64,000 nucleotides of DNA from positions 1 through 64,000 of the forward strand of contig CAXXIN010000001.1 of assembly GCA_963665275.2 (NCBI GenBank). Direction: 5' to 3'. Below are positions 10,289 through 20,577 of this stretch, one piece after another (position 1 is the first letter of the stretch; each line of letters opens with the position of its first letter). Origin of the DNA: Negativicutes bacterium (GTDB lineage Bacteria; Bacillota; Negativicutes; UBA1444). The notes under the pieces are model-generated. The model did not search any database and had not been told where the DNA came from. It was given only the letters and a program-made list of their open reading frames with translations. The position numbers were made by a program, and so were the translations under genes.

Positions 10289-11698
10289 TCAAGAAGCAGC
10301 AGGCAGGTAGAAGCGGAATGTAGTGCCGTTGTGTGGCTGGCTTTCGACTTCGATCGTTCCGCCCAGCGTATCCAGCACATGTTTGACGATGGCCAGACCC
10401 AGTCCCGTGCCGGCCACGGAACGCGCACGGGCCTTGTCGATGCGATAAAAACGGTCGAAGATACGGGGCAAATCTTCTGCAGGAATACCAATGCCTGAAT
10501 CTTTCACACTGAATTGAACTTGGTTTTCTGTCTGCAGCAGCCCGATCTGGATAGCCCCGCTATCCGGCGTATACTTGATCGCGTTGTCAATCAGATTTAC
10601 CAAGACCTGTTTCAGTCGATCCGGATCTGTCAGGAGCCAAATCGGCTGATCTGGCAAATCGAGCGACAGGGATAGGTTCTTTGGCATCCAGGTAGGCGAT
10701 AATTCATGGGCGATCGATTTTAACAAGGGTTGGACATGTGTCGGCGTGCAATGAACTTGCTGCCGGTATTCGACTGATTCGATCTTTGCCAGTTGGAGCA
10801 GATCCTGGACCAACCGCTGCATCCGATCTGCTTCGGACAGGATGATGGCGGCGAAACGTCGGCTGTCTTCTGGACTGTCCGCAGCCCCGTCGACCAATGT
10901 CTCGGCGAATCCCCGAATCGCCGTCAGCGGAGTCGAGAGTTCGTGGGAAGCATTGGCAACAAAGTCTGCCTGACGTTCCTTGATGAGCTGTAGGCTGGTG
11001 ATGTCATGGAAGACTGCCAAGACATTGGTTGAAGAGTTCTCTTTGCCCGGGATGGGGATTAGTGATGCTTGGAAAATCTTCCTGACGCCTTGAAAATTAG
11101 TTCGGAACGTATGCTGTCGAAGTGGCCCTTTGCTCGTGGCCTCCCTAAGGGCCATATCAATTTGGCTGTTGCCGAGTATTTTGATATTGTGCTGTCCAAC
11201 CATGGACGACGATAAACGAAACCAGAGAAAAGCGCGCTGATTGGCTTCGAGCAGGCACCCATGAATATCAAACAACATGACCGCATTATCCATGTGCGCC
11301 AGTATCAATTGGAGTTTTTGCTTTTCGGCCGAAATTTCTTCCAGTTTATCTTCTAGTCGTGAGGCCAGATGATTCAGTGCTAATGCCAGATAATCCATTT
11401 CATTTCCAGCACGTGTGTGGACGCGTTCCGACAGACGACCGGAGGCAATTCTGCGAGCGGCAGTCGTGATGGCTTCAATCGGCGCGATGAATTTTTCCGA
11501 CAAATTGACACTGAGCAGGATCGCGAGGATCAAAGTGACGGCAAAAGCGACGGAAAGAACAAATAAGAGCTGGGTAAATTCCTCGGGACTATAATTGTAA
11601 ACTTGCCAGAAGCTATAAGCGGCAAAAGAAACTAGCGGCAACAGTATCAAAGCAAGTGAATTAAAAATGAGCTGGGAGCGGATGCCTGTGCGTTTCAT
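10289..11698 (-). CDS. phoR: HAMP-PAS-HisKA-HATPase sensor kinase, PhoR-like
   Basis: 2 TM with a very short loop, HAMP, PAS, DFVANASHELSTPLTAIRGF, RFYRIDKARAR, GTGLGL. Confidence 0.8.
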   Translation of the reverse strand: MKRTGIRSQLIFNSLALILLPLVSFAAYSFWQVYNYSPEEFTQLLFVLSVAFAVTLILAILLSVNLSEKFIAPIEAITTAARRIASGRLSERVHTRAGNEMDYLALALNHLASRLEDKLEEISAEKQKLQLILAHMDNAVMLFDIHGCLLEANQRAFLWFRLSSSMVGQHNIKILGNSQIDMALREATSKGPLRQHTFRTNFQGVRKIFQASLIPIPGKENSSTNVLAVFHDITSLQLIKERQADFVANASHELSTPLTAIRGFAETLVDGAADSPEDSRRFAAIILSEADRMQRLVQDLLQLAKIESVEYRQQVHCTPTHVQPLLKSIAHELSPTWMPKNLSLSLDLPDQPIWLLTDPDRLKQVLVNLIDNAIKYTPDSGAIQIGLLQTENQVQFSVKDSGIGIPAEDLPRIFDRFYRIDKARARSVAGTGLGLAIVKHVLDTLGGTIEVESQPHNGTTFRFYLPAAS

Positions 11699-11759
11699 CA
11701 GTATCTCCTTATGAAGAAGGAGCATCCGCTATCGAATGCTCCTTTCGTGATGCTATACG

Positions 11760-12197
11760 TTAATCCGAGCGGCGGCTGCCACGACCGCCCCGCTTGGAAT
11801 CCGTGGCTTTTTTCAAATCTGTCAGGCGTTCATCGCTATCCTTGAGAAATTTTGACAGACGATCTTCGAATGACGGAGGCGCGGGCCTTAGCGGTCTGCG
11901 GGGTTCCATCGGACCAGCCCGGCGTTGTTCAAAAACCGGCGGTCTGCGGACTTCGACGGTAGGAGGTTTCAGCTGCTTAATAGACAGGCCTATTTTCCCA
12001 TTGGCATCAATCGAAAGTACTTTGACTTGGACTTTGTCGCGCTCTTTGAGAAAATCTTTCACATCGCGAACGTAAACGTCAGCGACTTCGGAAATGTGGA
12101 CCAAACCAACTTTTCCACCGGGTAGTTCAATAAAAGCACCGAAATTGGTAATACCTGTTACGGTTCCCTCAACAACGACGCCGACTTCTATCGACAT
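11760..12197 (-). CDS. yabR: S1-domain RNA-binding protein (YabR-like)
   Basis: GTVTGITNFGAFIEL...GLVHISEV; C-terminal FEDRLSKFLKDS. Confidence 0.85.
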   Translation of the reverse strand: MSIEVGVVVEGTVTGITNFGAFIELPGGKVGLVHISEVADVYVRDVKDFLKERDKVQVKVLSIDANGKIGLSIKQLKPPTVEVRRPPVFEQRRAGPMEPRRPLRPAPPSFEDRLSKFLKDSDERLTDLKKATDSKRGGRGSRRSD

Positions 12198-12261
12198 ACA
12201 GACAGCAGATCCCCCTTGTTATAAACGTATAGCTCATTATATCTTTCGAATCGAAAGAGTG

Positions 12262-12537
12262 TCAAGGAATATAGGGAACTTCCCCCGGTTTGACGAGGCC
12301 AAGTTGCTCCCGGGCGATTTTTTCCACATAAGACGGTGAAGCGAGACGTGATTTTTCATCGATCAGGGCTTTATTGGATTGTTCCAGTTCCGCGATGCGT
12401 TCCTGAAGTGCGGCGGTTTCTCTGTGAATGGTGTAAAGTTCGAATTGCTGCCCGACAGCCAGATATACAAAATAAGCCGCTGTCACTAAGATCAAAACCC
12501 GAAGCCATCTTACACGGTACCTGCGGCGGACGGCCAC
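12262..12537 (-). CDS. divIC: Septum formation initiator FtsB/DivIC
   Basis: TM + coiled coil + YVEKIAREQLGLVKPGE. Confidence 0.85.
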   Translation of the reverse strand: MAVRRRYRVRWLRVLILVTAAYFVYLAVGQQFELYTIHRETAALQERIAELEQSNKALIDEKSRLASPSYVEKIAREQLGLVKPGEVPYIP

Positions 12538-12606
12538 ACTGCATCACTCCTTGTCTCCGTCAACTGCGTATAATAGCTATTCTCTTCAAACCGCGAAAAT
12601 CCTTCT

Positions 12607-12671
12607 TTTACGCAATGGTAACACAATTTTTACATATCCATAACCTGCAGCGGATAGTGAATGCGTATGAT
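12607..12671 (+). promoter_or_regulatory. Pho-box array plus -10 for the EAL-CBS-GGDEF gene
   Basis: TTTACG 12607, GTAACA 12618, TTTACA 12629, ATAACC 12640; TATGAT at 12666. Confidence 0.7.
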
Positions 12672-12711
12672 GGGGAGGAAGGAAAATAAAGGGAAAGCTG
12701 GAGGCGGAGCT

Positions 12712-14682
12712 ATGCCGGAACGGCTAATCAAAAAACTACACAAATTGTATTTTGCTGTAGAAAAAAAACAAAGAAAAGTTCAGGCCGCATTGCAGAAAAA
12801 ATTGTTCACTTCGAACGAAGAGGGCAACTCCGGCTCGGCGAAAATGTCGGTGGGCAGCGGCGGAGCTTTGGAGCTGATGGAACATCAAATGGCGGATTTG
12901 ATTCACGAGCGAGCCTTGCAGGATGAGTTGCTGCGAATCATCAAAGATAAAAAAATTCTGCCGGTTTTTCAGCCCATTGTGTCGCTCAAAGGCGGCGAAA
13001 TTATGGGATATGAGGCGCTGGCGCGCGGACCGATTGATAGCCCTTTGCACATGCCGGTTCAGCTTTTTGCGGTCGCCGCTAAGCATAAAATGCTATTGGC
13101 GTTGGAACATGTATGCCGGGAGGCTTCGATCCAGCAGACGAAGATGCTGACTGCCGGGCAGCAGCTCTTTCTAAACCTTACGCCGGAAGTCATCAATGAC
13201 CCGGAGTTCCGGAACGGACGCACGAAACAGGTCGTTTTGCACCACGGTCTGTTGCCGGAACAGGTCACATTCGAGATCACCGAACGAACAGCCATCAGTG
13301 ATTTTGGCAACTTCACCCGCGCGTTACATCATTATCGTCAACAGGGTTATTGTATCGCGGTAGACGATGCAGGAGCGGGATATTCCAGTCTGCAAGCCAT
13401 TGCGGAGCTTTATCCGGATTTCATCAAACTGGACATGTCGATCGTTCGTGATATTCATAACAATCCTTTCAAAATTGCGATTCTGGAAGCTTTGGTTAAT
13501 CTGGCAGCCGCTATGAATAGCAAAATCATCGCTGAAGGAGTAGAAACCGTAGACGAACTGCTCACGGTGATGCGACTGGGAGTCGGTTATGCACAAGGAT
13601 TCTTTTTTGCCCGTCCCTCCAATCCGCCGGCAGGCATTAGCGCGGAAGCCCTCGATGTAATCCGTTCATTTCGAAAAAAGGAAGCGGGGCGACGGGAAAA
13701 AGAGTTGGGAACTTCTCTGGGCAGGGTCATCGGCGACATTATTGAGCATGTGCCGACAGTCCCGCCAGAAACGACAACCGAACAGGTGGAGGCGAAATTT
13801 GCCGCCAGCTCGGTTCGCGGAGTCGTCGTGCTGCAAAACAGCAAACCCATCGGGCTGGTGATGAAGAATCGTCTGTATTTTCACCTCGGGTCCTACTATG
13901 GGGTCTCCGTTTATCAAAAACGTTCGGTGGAACTGGTGATGGACGCATCTCCTCTCATTGTCAATGCCGATCTGCCGCTTGAAGCCGTATCGAAAATTGC
14001 GATGAGGTCGGGAAGAATCCAATCTGTACGATTTGATCATCGTGGTGCGGGACGGTCTGTATGTAGGGGTAGTATCCATCATGAATCTACTCAACAACAT
14101 TACACAACTACAAGTGTTGTGCGCCCACAATTCCAATCCGTTGACGGGATTGCCGGGTAATCTGATGATTGAGGAACAATTGCGGCGACTGTTGTCAAAG
14201 GACGTAGAGTTTGCCGTACTATACATCGATTTGAACAACTTTAAAGCCTATAATGACAAATACGGGTTTGAACGCGGCGATCAGGTTTTGCTTATGACGG
14301 CGGAAACATTGAGCCGAAGCTTGGCGAGCGAAGGGCAGGGTGATGATTTCCTCGGTCATATCGGCGGCGATGATTTTATCATCATTACAAGTGCCGAGCG
14401 GGCGGACCGAATTGCCAACGCCATAATTGGAATCTTTGATCAGGAAATCCGGTCCGCTTTTTCGTCAGAAGATCTCGTGCGAGGATATATACAAGTCAAA
14501 ATCGTCGCGGAGCAATGGAAAAATTTCCGATCACGTCGATTTCTGTCGCCGGGGTCAGCAATCAGTACCGGGAATTCCACAATTACTGGGAGATTCCTGA
14601 AGTTGCCGCTGAGCTCAAAAAGGCAGCCAAACAACAGAAAGGCTCCTGCTTTGTGTTTGACCGGCGAAAAAAGGACGGATAA
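12712..14682 (+). pseudogene. EAL-CBS-GGDEF c-di-GMP enzyme with two 1-bp frameshifts (likely assembly errors)
   Basis: FQPIV...GYEALAR, EITER, AVDDAGAGYS, IAEGVE; CBS pair; NPLTGLPGN, GHIGGDDF. Breaks near 14008 and 14498; the corrected frame ends ...FDRRKKDG* at 14682. Confidence 0.8.
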
Positions 14683-14775
14683 TGCTTTGAATCGGGAGAA
14701 AAGAGCGGAAATATTCTCTTAAGAGGGAAAATGAACGAATGGCCCGGCGAATCAAGTGTCTTACAAGGTTGATGC

Positions 14776-16109
14776 TTGAACGGAACGGGGCTGTTAAACT
14801 TGAAAATCAGACTCGGAATCATGGGCAGCGCGGATTCGGTAGAGGTTGTTCGCAATATCGCCGAAGAATATCAGGATTTTGAGTGCCGGTCTTTTGCGTT
14901 TCGGGATATGTCCGAGATTATCCCCTTGTTTCACATGCATGACACAGAGGTGGATATGTGGATACTGCCGGGACGGACAGCTTATTTGACTGCGCAGGAA
15001 TGGGGCAAGGTTACCCGGCCAATGTTTCATATGCCGTACAAAGGATCCAGTCTGTACAAGACCCTGTGCGAAATATTCTATACGCAGTCGGTCCGATTGA
15101 CGGAGATTAGTTTTGATTCCGTTTTATATGACGATCTCAAACAGGTTTTTTGTGGAGATGGGTATTGCTGATGAACCCACTTATGTAAGGCCGTTCGCGA
15201 TCGGCAGGACCGAAGAGGCGGCCTTGAAATATCATTATGATCTTTGGCGGAGCGGCAAAAGCAAAACTGGCCGTTACTTGCTATCCGGAAGTAAAGAAGC
15301 GCCTGGCCGAACTGGGGGTTCCGGCCTATCGGGTTCTTGCCGGCCCGGTCGGCCGTGGAATCGGTGCTGAACCTGATGCTGCGGACGGCGGAGATGCAGA
15401 CGGCGCGGGAAGCACAGATTGCCGTACAACTGCTGGAAGTGGATGCGTTTCTCCGACCCAGGGAGTTCCAATCAACGGACGAACTTTTTGCGATGGAAAT
15501 GAAAATTACCCAAAAGTTGATCACGTATGCGAAGACAGTGCAGGGAGCTTTGAAAACGGCCGGAACTGGCCGATTTGCGATTTTTACCCACACGGGGCAT
15601 GGTGAGGAAACTAACTGATGATTTTTCAGCGATTCCGGCACTCGCAGAATTTGAACAAATCAACGCGAGCGTGCTTGCCTGTGGCATCGGTATCGGCTCG
15701 TCGGCCTATGAAGCGGAGTTTAACGCTACCAAGGCTCTAATGACCGCCAAGGAGCGCGGCAGAGGAACCTGGATGATCTTTTTCGAAGATAAAACCGTTG
15801 TCGGTCCACTGGGTGCTAAAGAACAGATTACCCTATGGGTATTCATCCGAACGTCTGCAGGTTATCAGCAAGCAAACAGCAGTCAGCGTTGCGACGCTCA
15901 GTCGTCTGTCCTCCGTCTGGCATAAGCTGGGACAACCCGGCATCAATGCCCAGGAGCTGGCTATTCAGCTGCAGATGCTGCCGCGCAGCGCCCGGCGCAT
16001 TCTTCAGGACCTGGAGCGGGTCGGACTGGCGGAAGTGATCGGGGAAGAATCACCGAGTCCCCGGGGGCGCCCACGAAAGCGATATAAAATAAACTTGGAA
16101 CGGGAGTGA
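14776..16109 (+). pseudogene. Transcriptional regulator (C-terminal HTH) broken by several frameshifts
   Basis: Fragments in successive frames join into one protein ending RSARRILQDLE...PRGRPRKRY; the family is typically found upstream of peptidase/amidohydrolase genes. Confidence 0.65.
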
Positions 16110-16127
16110 AAAACTCTCGTTTTTTTA

Positions 16128-16156
16128 TTGACGAAAAAGACGGAATTGAATAATAT
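16128..16156 (+). promoter_or_regulatory. Sigma-A-like promoter for the M20 peptidase operon
   Basis: TTGACG-17nt-TAATAT. Confidence 0.6.
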
Positions 16157-16215
16157 GATATGCAATAGAGTCATGACCGAAAATAAGCCCAAAATAGTAA
16201 TAGGGAGGCGAATCC

Positions 16216-17385
16216 ATGAAACAGGAAGTTCAACAAAAAATCTCCGAGTTTATTGACGGACACCGGGAGGAAATGCTGTCACTGTGGCAGGAAGTCGTGA
16301 ACATGGAAAGCGGCTCAGGAAACAAGCCGGGGATCGACGCTGTCGCAGCCAGGTTCCAGCAAGTTCTGGACGAGGCGGGAGGCGCCACGCGGATCGTGGA
16401 AATGGAGAAAGCCGGCAACATGCTGGTGGGCGAGGTTGGCAGCGGTCGTGCGAATCCGGCCGTTCTCTTCATGGGACATATGGATACGGTGTTCCCCCTC
16501 GGGACAGTTGCGAAGCGTCCGTTTACCATCAAAGATGGTACTGCTTATGGTCCTGGGGTTCTCGACATGAAAGGCGGCATAGTGGCTGCTTTGTATGCGA
16601 TCAAAGCATTGAATGCTGTTGGCTATGACACGCATCCTCTTAAAATGATTCTGGCCGGTGATGAAGAAATCGCCCATGCGAACTCCAATGCAGCAGAAGT
16701 ATTCATGCAGGAAGCAAAGGGCGCCGTGGCGGCTTTCAATGTCGAGACCGGTTTTGTTGATGATGCGATCGTCACGGGGCGCAAAGGAAGCGCTTTGTTT
16801 AAACTGGAAGTCAAGGGCGTCGCCGTTCATGCCGGCAACGAGCCGGAAAACGGCCGGAGCGCCATTCTGGAGATCGCCCATAAGACCATCGATATCCAGA
16901 ACCTGACCAATTGGGAAACCGGCACTACTTTCAACGTGGGGACGATTGAAGGGGGCACCGTGCCCAACGCCGTTCCGGGCCACGCTAAAATCGTCATTGA
17001 TGTCCGTTATATGGATCCTTCCCTGTTGCCTGACATTCAGCGCCAGTTGGAAGCGGTCGCGGCCAAAACGTATGTGCAGGGAACGACCACTACCGTTACC
17101 CAGACACCTGGAATTGCACCGATGCAAACCACCGATGGGGTCAAGACGCTTTTCGAAGTGGTGAAAAAAACGTATGCGGAGCTCGGGCTTGGAACGCCTT
17201 ACGGCAAATTGGTGGGCGGGGGTTCGGATTCCGCTTACAGCGTGATCGCCGGCGTACCCACTGTTTGCGCCATGGGAGTCAAGGGTGGCAGAAACCATAG
17301 TCCGGAAGAATTCGCTATTGTTGAGACCTTGTTCGAACGGGCAAAATTGTTGGCCAGCTGTGCGGTCAATCTGGATGCTGATTAG
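16216..17385 (+). CDS. M20-family metallopeptidase (carboxypeptidase G2-like)
   Basis: GHMDTVFP, GPGVLDMKGG, GDEEI, HAG, GGGSD, HSPEE. Confidence 0.9.
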   Translation: MKQEVQQKISEFIDGHREEMLSLWQEVVNMESGSGNKPGIDAVAARFQQVLDEAGGATRIVEMEKAGNMLVGEVGSGRANPAVLFMGHMDTVFPLGTVAKRPFTIKDGTAYGPGVLDMKGGIVAALYAIKALNAVGYDTHPLKMILAGDEEIAHANSNAAEVFMQEAKGAVAAFNVETGFVDDAIVTGRKGSALFKLEVKGVAVHAGNEPENGRSAILEIAHKTIDIQNLTNWETGTTFNVGTIEGGTVPNAVPGHAKIVIDVRYMDPSLLPDIQRQLEAVAAKTYVQGTTTTVTQTPGIAPMQTTDGVKTLFEVVKKTYAELGLGTPYGKLVGGGSDSAYSVIAGVPTVCAMGVKGGRNHSPEEFAIVETLFERAKLLASCAVNLDAD

Positions 17386-17415
17386 TAAAATATAAAGCGG
17401 ATAGGAGGGAACCGG

Positions 17416-18072
17416 ATGTCAAATCCACAGGAAGAGTATAAAGTGAGCTGGAAAGGCTGGCTGTCCCTGATCATTTTGATCGTGTCGTTCTCCGGAATCT
17501 TCACGAAGGCGGAGGGGCCTATGCGGGCCCTGGATTTTCAGGTTTTGACCGGTGAGTTCGGACAAGTCGCCAAAGGAATCATCTTTACAGGCAAAGGCGG
17601 AGCCGGAGCGCGTGAGGGATTCATGTTCGCGTTGACACTGTTCCCGACGCTGATGTTTGCGCTCGGCTGCATCAATGTCGCCGAATCCATGGGCGCGCTC
17701 AGAGCGGCTGAAAAATTATTCCGGCCGATTTTAAAACCGTTCATGGGGATTCCTGGCGCTACCGGACTGGCCTTTGTCAGCAGCTTTACCAGTTCCGATG
17801 TCGGCGCGGTCATGACCAAAGGACTGGTGGAGGACAAGATGATGACGGATGACGAACGGACGATTTTCGTCGCATACCAGTATGCGGGATCGGCCGTTGT
17901 CACAAATACGTTCGGAACCGGTGCGGCTTTGCTGCCGATCAGCGTGTTGCCGGTTGGCGTTATTATCGGTTTGATTTTTATTGTGAAAGTCATAGGCGCC
18001 AATCTGGTCCGTTTCTACTTGAAATGGCATGCGTCCAGAAGCAAGCCGGAAGGAGGCGCTGTCAATGGCTGA
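17416..18072 (+). CDS. YjiH-like membrane protein (nucleoside recognition Gate domain)
   Basis: GGAGAREGF, PILKPFMGIPG, SSDVGA. Confidence 0.75.
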   Translation: MSNPQEEYKVSWKGWLSLIILIVSFSGIFTKAEGPMRALDFQVLTGEFGQVAKGIIFTGKGGAGAREGFMFALTLFPTLMFALGCINVAESMGALRAAEKLFRPILKPFMGIPGATGLAFVSSFTSSDVGAVMTKGLVEDKMMTDDERTIFVAYQYAGSAVVTNTFGTGAALLPISVLPVGVIIGLIFIVKVIGANLVRFYLKWHASRSKPEGGAVNG

Positions 18073-18563
18073 GCCGACTGCAGCGGGGATGGACCTGCAA
18101 AAAATGAAACCCAGTATCGTGGAAGAATTTGTCGCCGGGGCGAAAAAAGGCTTCTATATCGGTGCAGAAATGATTGCGCCTGCGATGGTGCTGGCATTTT
18201 GTGCTGATTCAGTTTCTGGATATCACAGGACTGATGACGATTGTCGGTAAGGCCGTCGGGCCCGTAATGGCGGTGTTTGGTTTGCCAGGCGAAGCTGTTG
18301 TCGCACTGGTGGCGGCATTCTTTGCCAAGGCGGCCGGTTGCGCCACGGCGGCGACTCTCTATTCCAAGGGACTGATCACAGCACAACAGGCGACCATCCT
18401 ATTTCCTGCCTGTGTCACGATGGGCACACTGATCGGACATTTCGTGCGTATCGTCATCGTTTCCAACGCCAGCAAAAGATGGCATCCACTGTTGCTCTGC
18501 GTTCCTTTGGTTGATGCGGCAATAGTAATGCTATTGACGCGGATGCTTATTCCGTTTTTCTAA
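18065..18563 (+). pseudogene. YjiG-like membrane protein with one frameshift in a T run
   Basis: FVAGAKKGF...AMVLAF| then VLIQFLDITGL...PVMAVFGLPGEA; extra T near 18197-18200. Confidence 0.7.
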
Positions 18564-18617
18564 AGCAATTTATAATACCTTGTGAATCAAACATCTTGAA
18601 CTACGGACCTTAATGGA

Positions 18618-18660
18618 AACAAGCAGGACCCGGTGCGAAAAGCGCCGGGTCCTGCTTGTT
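18618..18660. terminator. Bidirectional terminator hairpin
   Basis: AACAAGCAGGACCCGG...CCGGGTCCTGCTTGTT. Confidence 0.7.
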
Positions 18661-18682
18661 GAGGAGAGAGAAGAAGTTTTTT

Positions 18683-19534
18683 TCAGTAACCGAATACATT
18701 GACGATTCGGAGCTTGATTTCATCCCGTATGGGTCGTATCTGTTCCAGAATTTCCTCCAGCGTTCCCTGGATCTGCGATGGATCGGGAAAACTCCAGTGA
18801 AGACGGACGGCGCCACCGGGGAAATAGGGGCAGGTATCTTGGGCGCGGTCACAAACCGTGACGATAAAATCAAAGTTATCAGCAAGATACAGTTCCACTC
18901 CCTTGGCATGGCGCGCGGAAATATCGACATCCAATTCCGCCATTGACTTCACGACATTTGGGTTGAGAACACCTGGTTCCACACCAGCGCTGAAAACTTC
19001 ATAAGCATCGCCGAACATGATCTCCAGAAAAGCCTCGGCCATTTGGCTGCGTGCTGAATTATGGGTGCACACAAACAATACCTTCAACCGTCTTCCTTGG
19101 GACAAACGATAATTCAAGGCCCAACGCCAGACTTTGGCCTGAATCTGATCGCGGACATTCCGAAAATGGGCCAGTTGCTCGTCGGGAGTTCCTACGAAAG
19201 CGGCTGGATCTTCAAACGGCCAGGATACGAATTGCAACGCGCCGGGGAAAAAGGCCGGACATTGCCGGTCGGCCTCGGGGCATACAGTGATCACCGTGTG
19301 GAAAGACATTTTACCCATAAAGGTTCGGATTGATTTGGCGTGAGCTGTGCTGATGTCGATGCCGATCTCCGCCATGGCCTGAATAGCCAAGGGATGAACC
19401 GAGACTGGATCGAGACCCGCACTATGAACTTCAAACAGATCGGACGCGTATTGTCGGAAAAATGCCTCGGCCATTTGGCTACGGGCGCTGTTATGAGAAC
19501 AGATGATCAAGATTCGATTTAAGTTGTTATCCAC
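18683..19534 (-). CDS. arsC: Tandem two-domain thioredoxin-type arsenate reductase / LMW phosphatase
   Basis: Two copies of the CxHNSARSQMAE P-loop, each followed by TVC...CP and WxFxDP. Confidence 0.8.
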   Translation of the reverse strand: MDNNLNRILIICSHNSARSQMAEAFFRQYASDLFEVHSAGLDPVSVHPLAIQAMAEIGIDISTAHAKSIRTFMGKMSFHTVITVCPEADRQCPAFFPGALQFVSWPFEDPAAFVGTPDEQLAHFRNVRDQIQAKVWRWALNYRLSQGRRLKVLFVCTHNSARSQMAEAFLEIMFGDAYEVFSAGVEPGVLNPNVVKSMAELDVDISARHAKGVELYLADNFDFIVTVCDRAQDTCPYFPGGAVRLHWSFPDPSQIQGTLEEILEQIRPIRDEIKLRIVNVFGY

Positions 19535-19677
19535 AATTTATCGCTCCTTTATGTATCTGTTTCTATTCTCCAAGAAACAGGCCGATGACGCAATGGTGTT
19601 AACCAAAACATAACATTGAGAAGAGTGTGACAAGATAATTCAATAAATAACATTTTCCAATCTTCAAACGGGAATTC

Positions 19678-19731
19678 TTTACAACATCTTAACTTCACGT
19701 TAACGGAGCGCACCTTTGAGGGCGATATAAT
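19678..19731 (+). promoter_or_regulatory. Pho-box array plus -10 for phospholipase C
   Basis: TTTACA 19678, TTAACT 19689, TTAACG 19700; TATAAT at 19726. Confidence 0.8.
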
Positions 19732-19761
19732 AAAAACAAAGGTGGAATCGGAGGTGAGATC

Positions 19762-20481
19762 TTGAATCCCATTGCACATTTATTGTTGGTCACAGCATCT
19801 CCTTTGCAGCGTTTTATTGACAAGCCGGCTATTACACATGCTTTTTGCAACATGCAAGCGTTTCAGATCCTGTCACGGGATGCGGTGATTCCTTGTACTG
19901 GTTTTTTCAGCACTTATCTTAAAGAAATCAACAGTGGAGGATACTGGGCCGACAGCCAATGGAAGAATATCGATCATTACCTCGAACCGAATACCGGCAG
20001 GGGAATCTGGCCTTTTGGCAATGCTTTGGACACTTTCCAACAATATTTTTCCGGTGCATTAAAGGAAGTCCGACAGGGAAACCGCCGCAAAGCGGCTTTC
20101 TTTTTGGGTGCGGCAGCCCATTTGGTGCAGGATATGTGTGTGCCTCATCATGCACGGGGGCGCATGTTCAACGGACATCAGGATTATGAAAGTTGGGCCA
20201 TGAAGGCCTGTCAGGATTATGCCGTGGATAGTATGGGGATTTATTTGCAGGGTTCCCGAATTGCCGAGTTCATTGTTGGAAATGCCCGCGTTGCCGCCGA
20301 CTTGCTTGATGTGGTGGATACCGACAAAGGAATCAACGACTATGCAGGGGTTAGCGCTATTACATTGCCATTGGCGCAGCGATCAACAGCCGGTTTGTTC
20401 GAACATTTTCACCGCGTTGCCTTGGCGCCGCACTCTTTTGCCAGTCAATCCATAACGCCAATTACCGCCATTGTTGCCTGA
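19762..20481 (+). CDS. Zinc-dependent phospholipase C / P1-nuclease-fold protein
   Basis: TH...WAD...DHY...FLGAAAHLVQDMCVPHH...HQDYE metal-ligand pattern; no clear signal peptide. Confidence 0.8.
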   Translation: MNPIAHLLLVTASPLQRFIDKPAITHAFCNMQAFQILSRDAVIPCTGFFSTYLKEINSGGYWADSQWKNIDHYLEPNTGRGIWPFGNALDTFQQYFSGALKEVRQGNRRKAAFFLGAAAHLVQDMCVPHHARGRMFNGHQDYESWAMKACQDYAVDSMGIYLQGSRIAEFIVGNARVAADLLDVVDTDKGINDYAGVSAITLPLAQRSTAGLFEHFHRVALAPHSFASQSITPITAIVA

Positions 20482-20507
20482 GTCCCCCTCCGCAGACGCA
20501 ATGGCTT

Positions 20508-20553
20508 AGATAAAAACAAACGACCGGGATTTCCCGGTCGTTTGTTTTTATCT
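20508..20553. terminator. Perfect 21-bp-stem bidirectional terminator
   Basis: AGATAAAAACAAACGACCGGG-ATTT-CCCGGTCGTTTGTTTTTATCT between convergent genes. Confidence 0.85.
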
Positions 20554-20577
20554 CTATATTGTCGTTTCCCGCCGGCG

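Noticed and set aside
16315-17298. Long antisense ORFs (e.g. 16315-17298, 50421-51203, 41770-42438)
   Set aside because: Shadows of well-supported genes on the opposite strand, with no motifs
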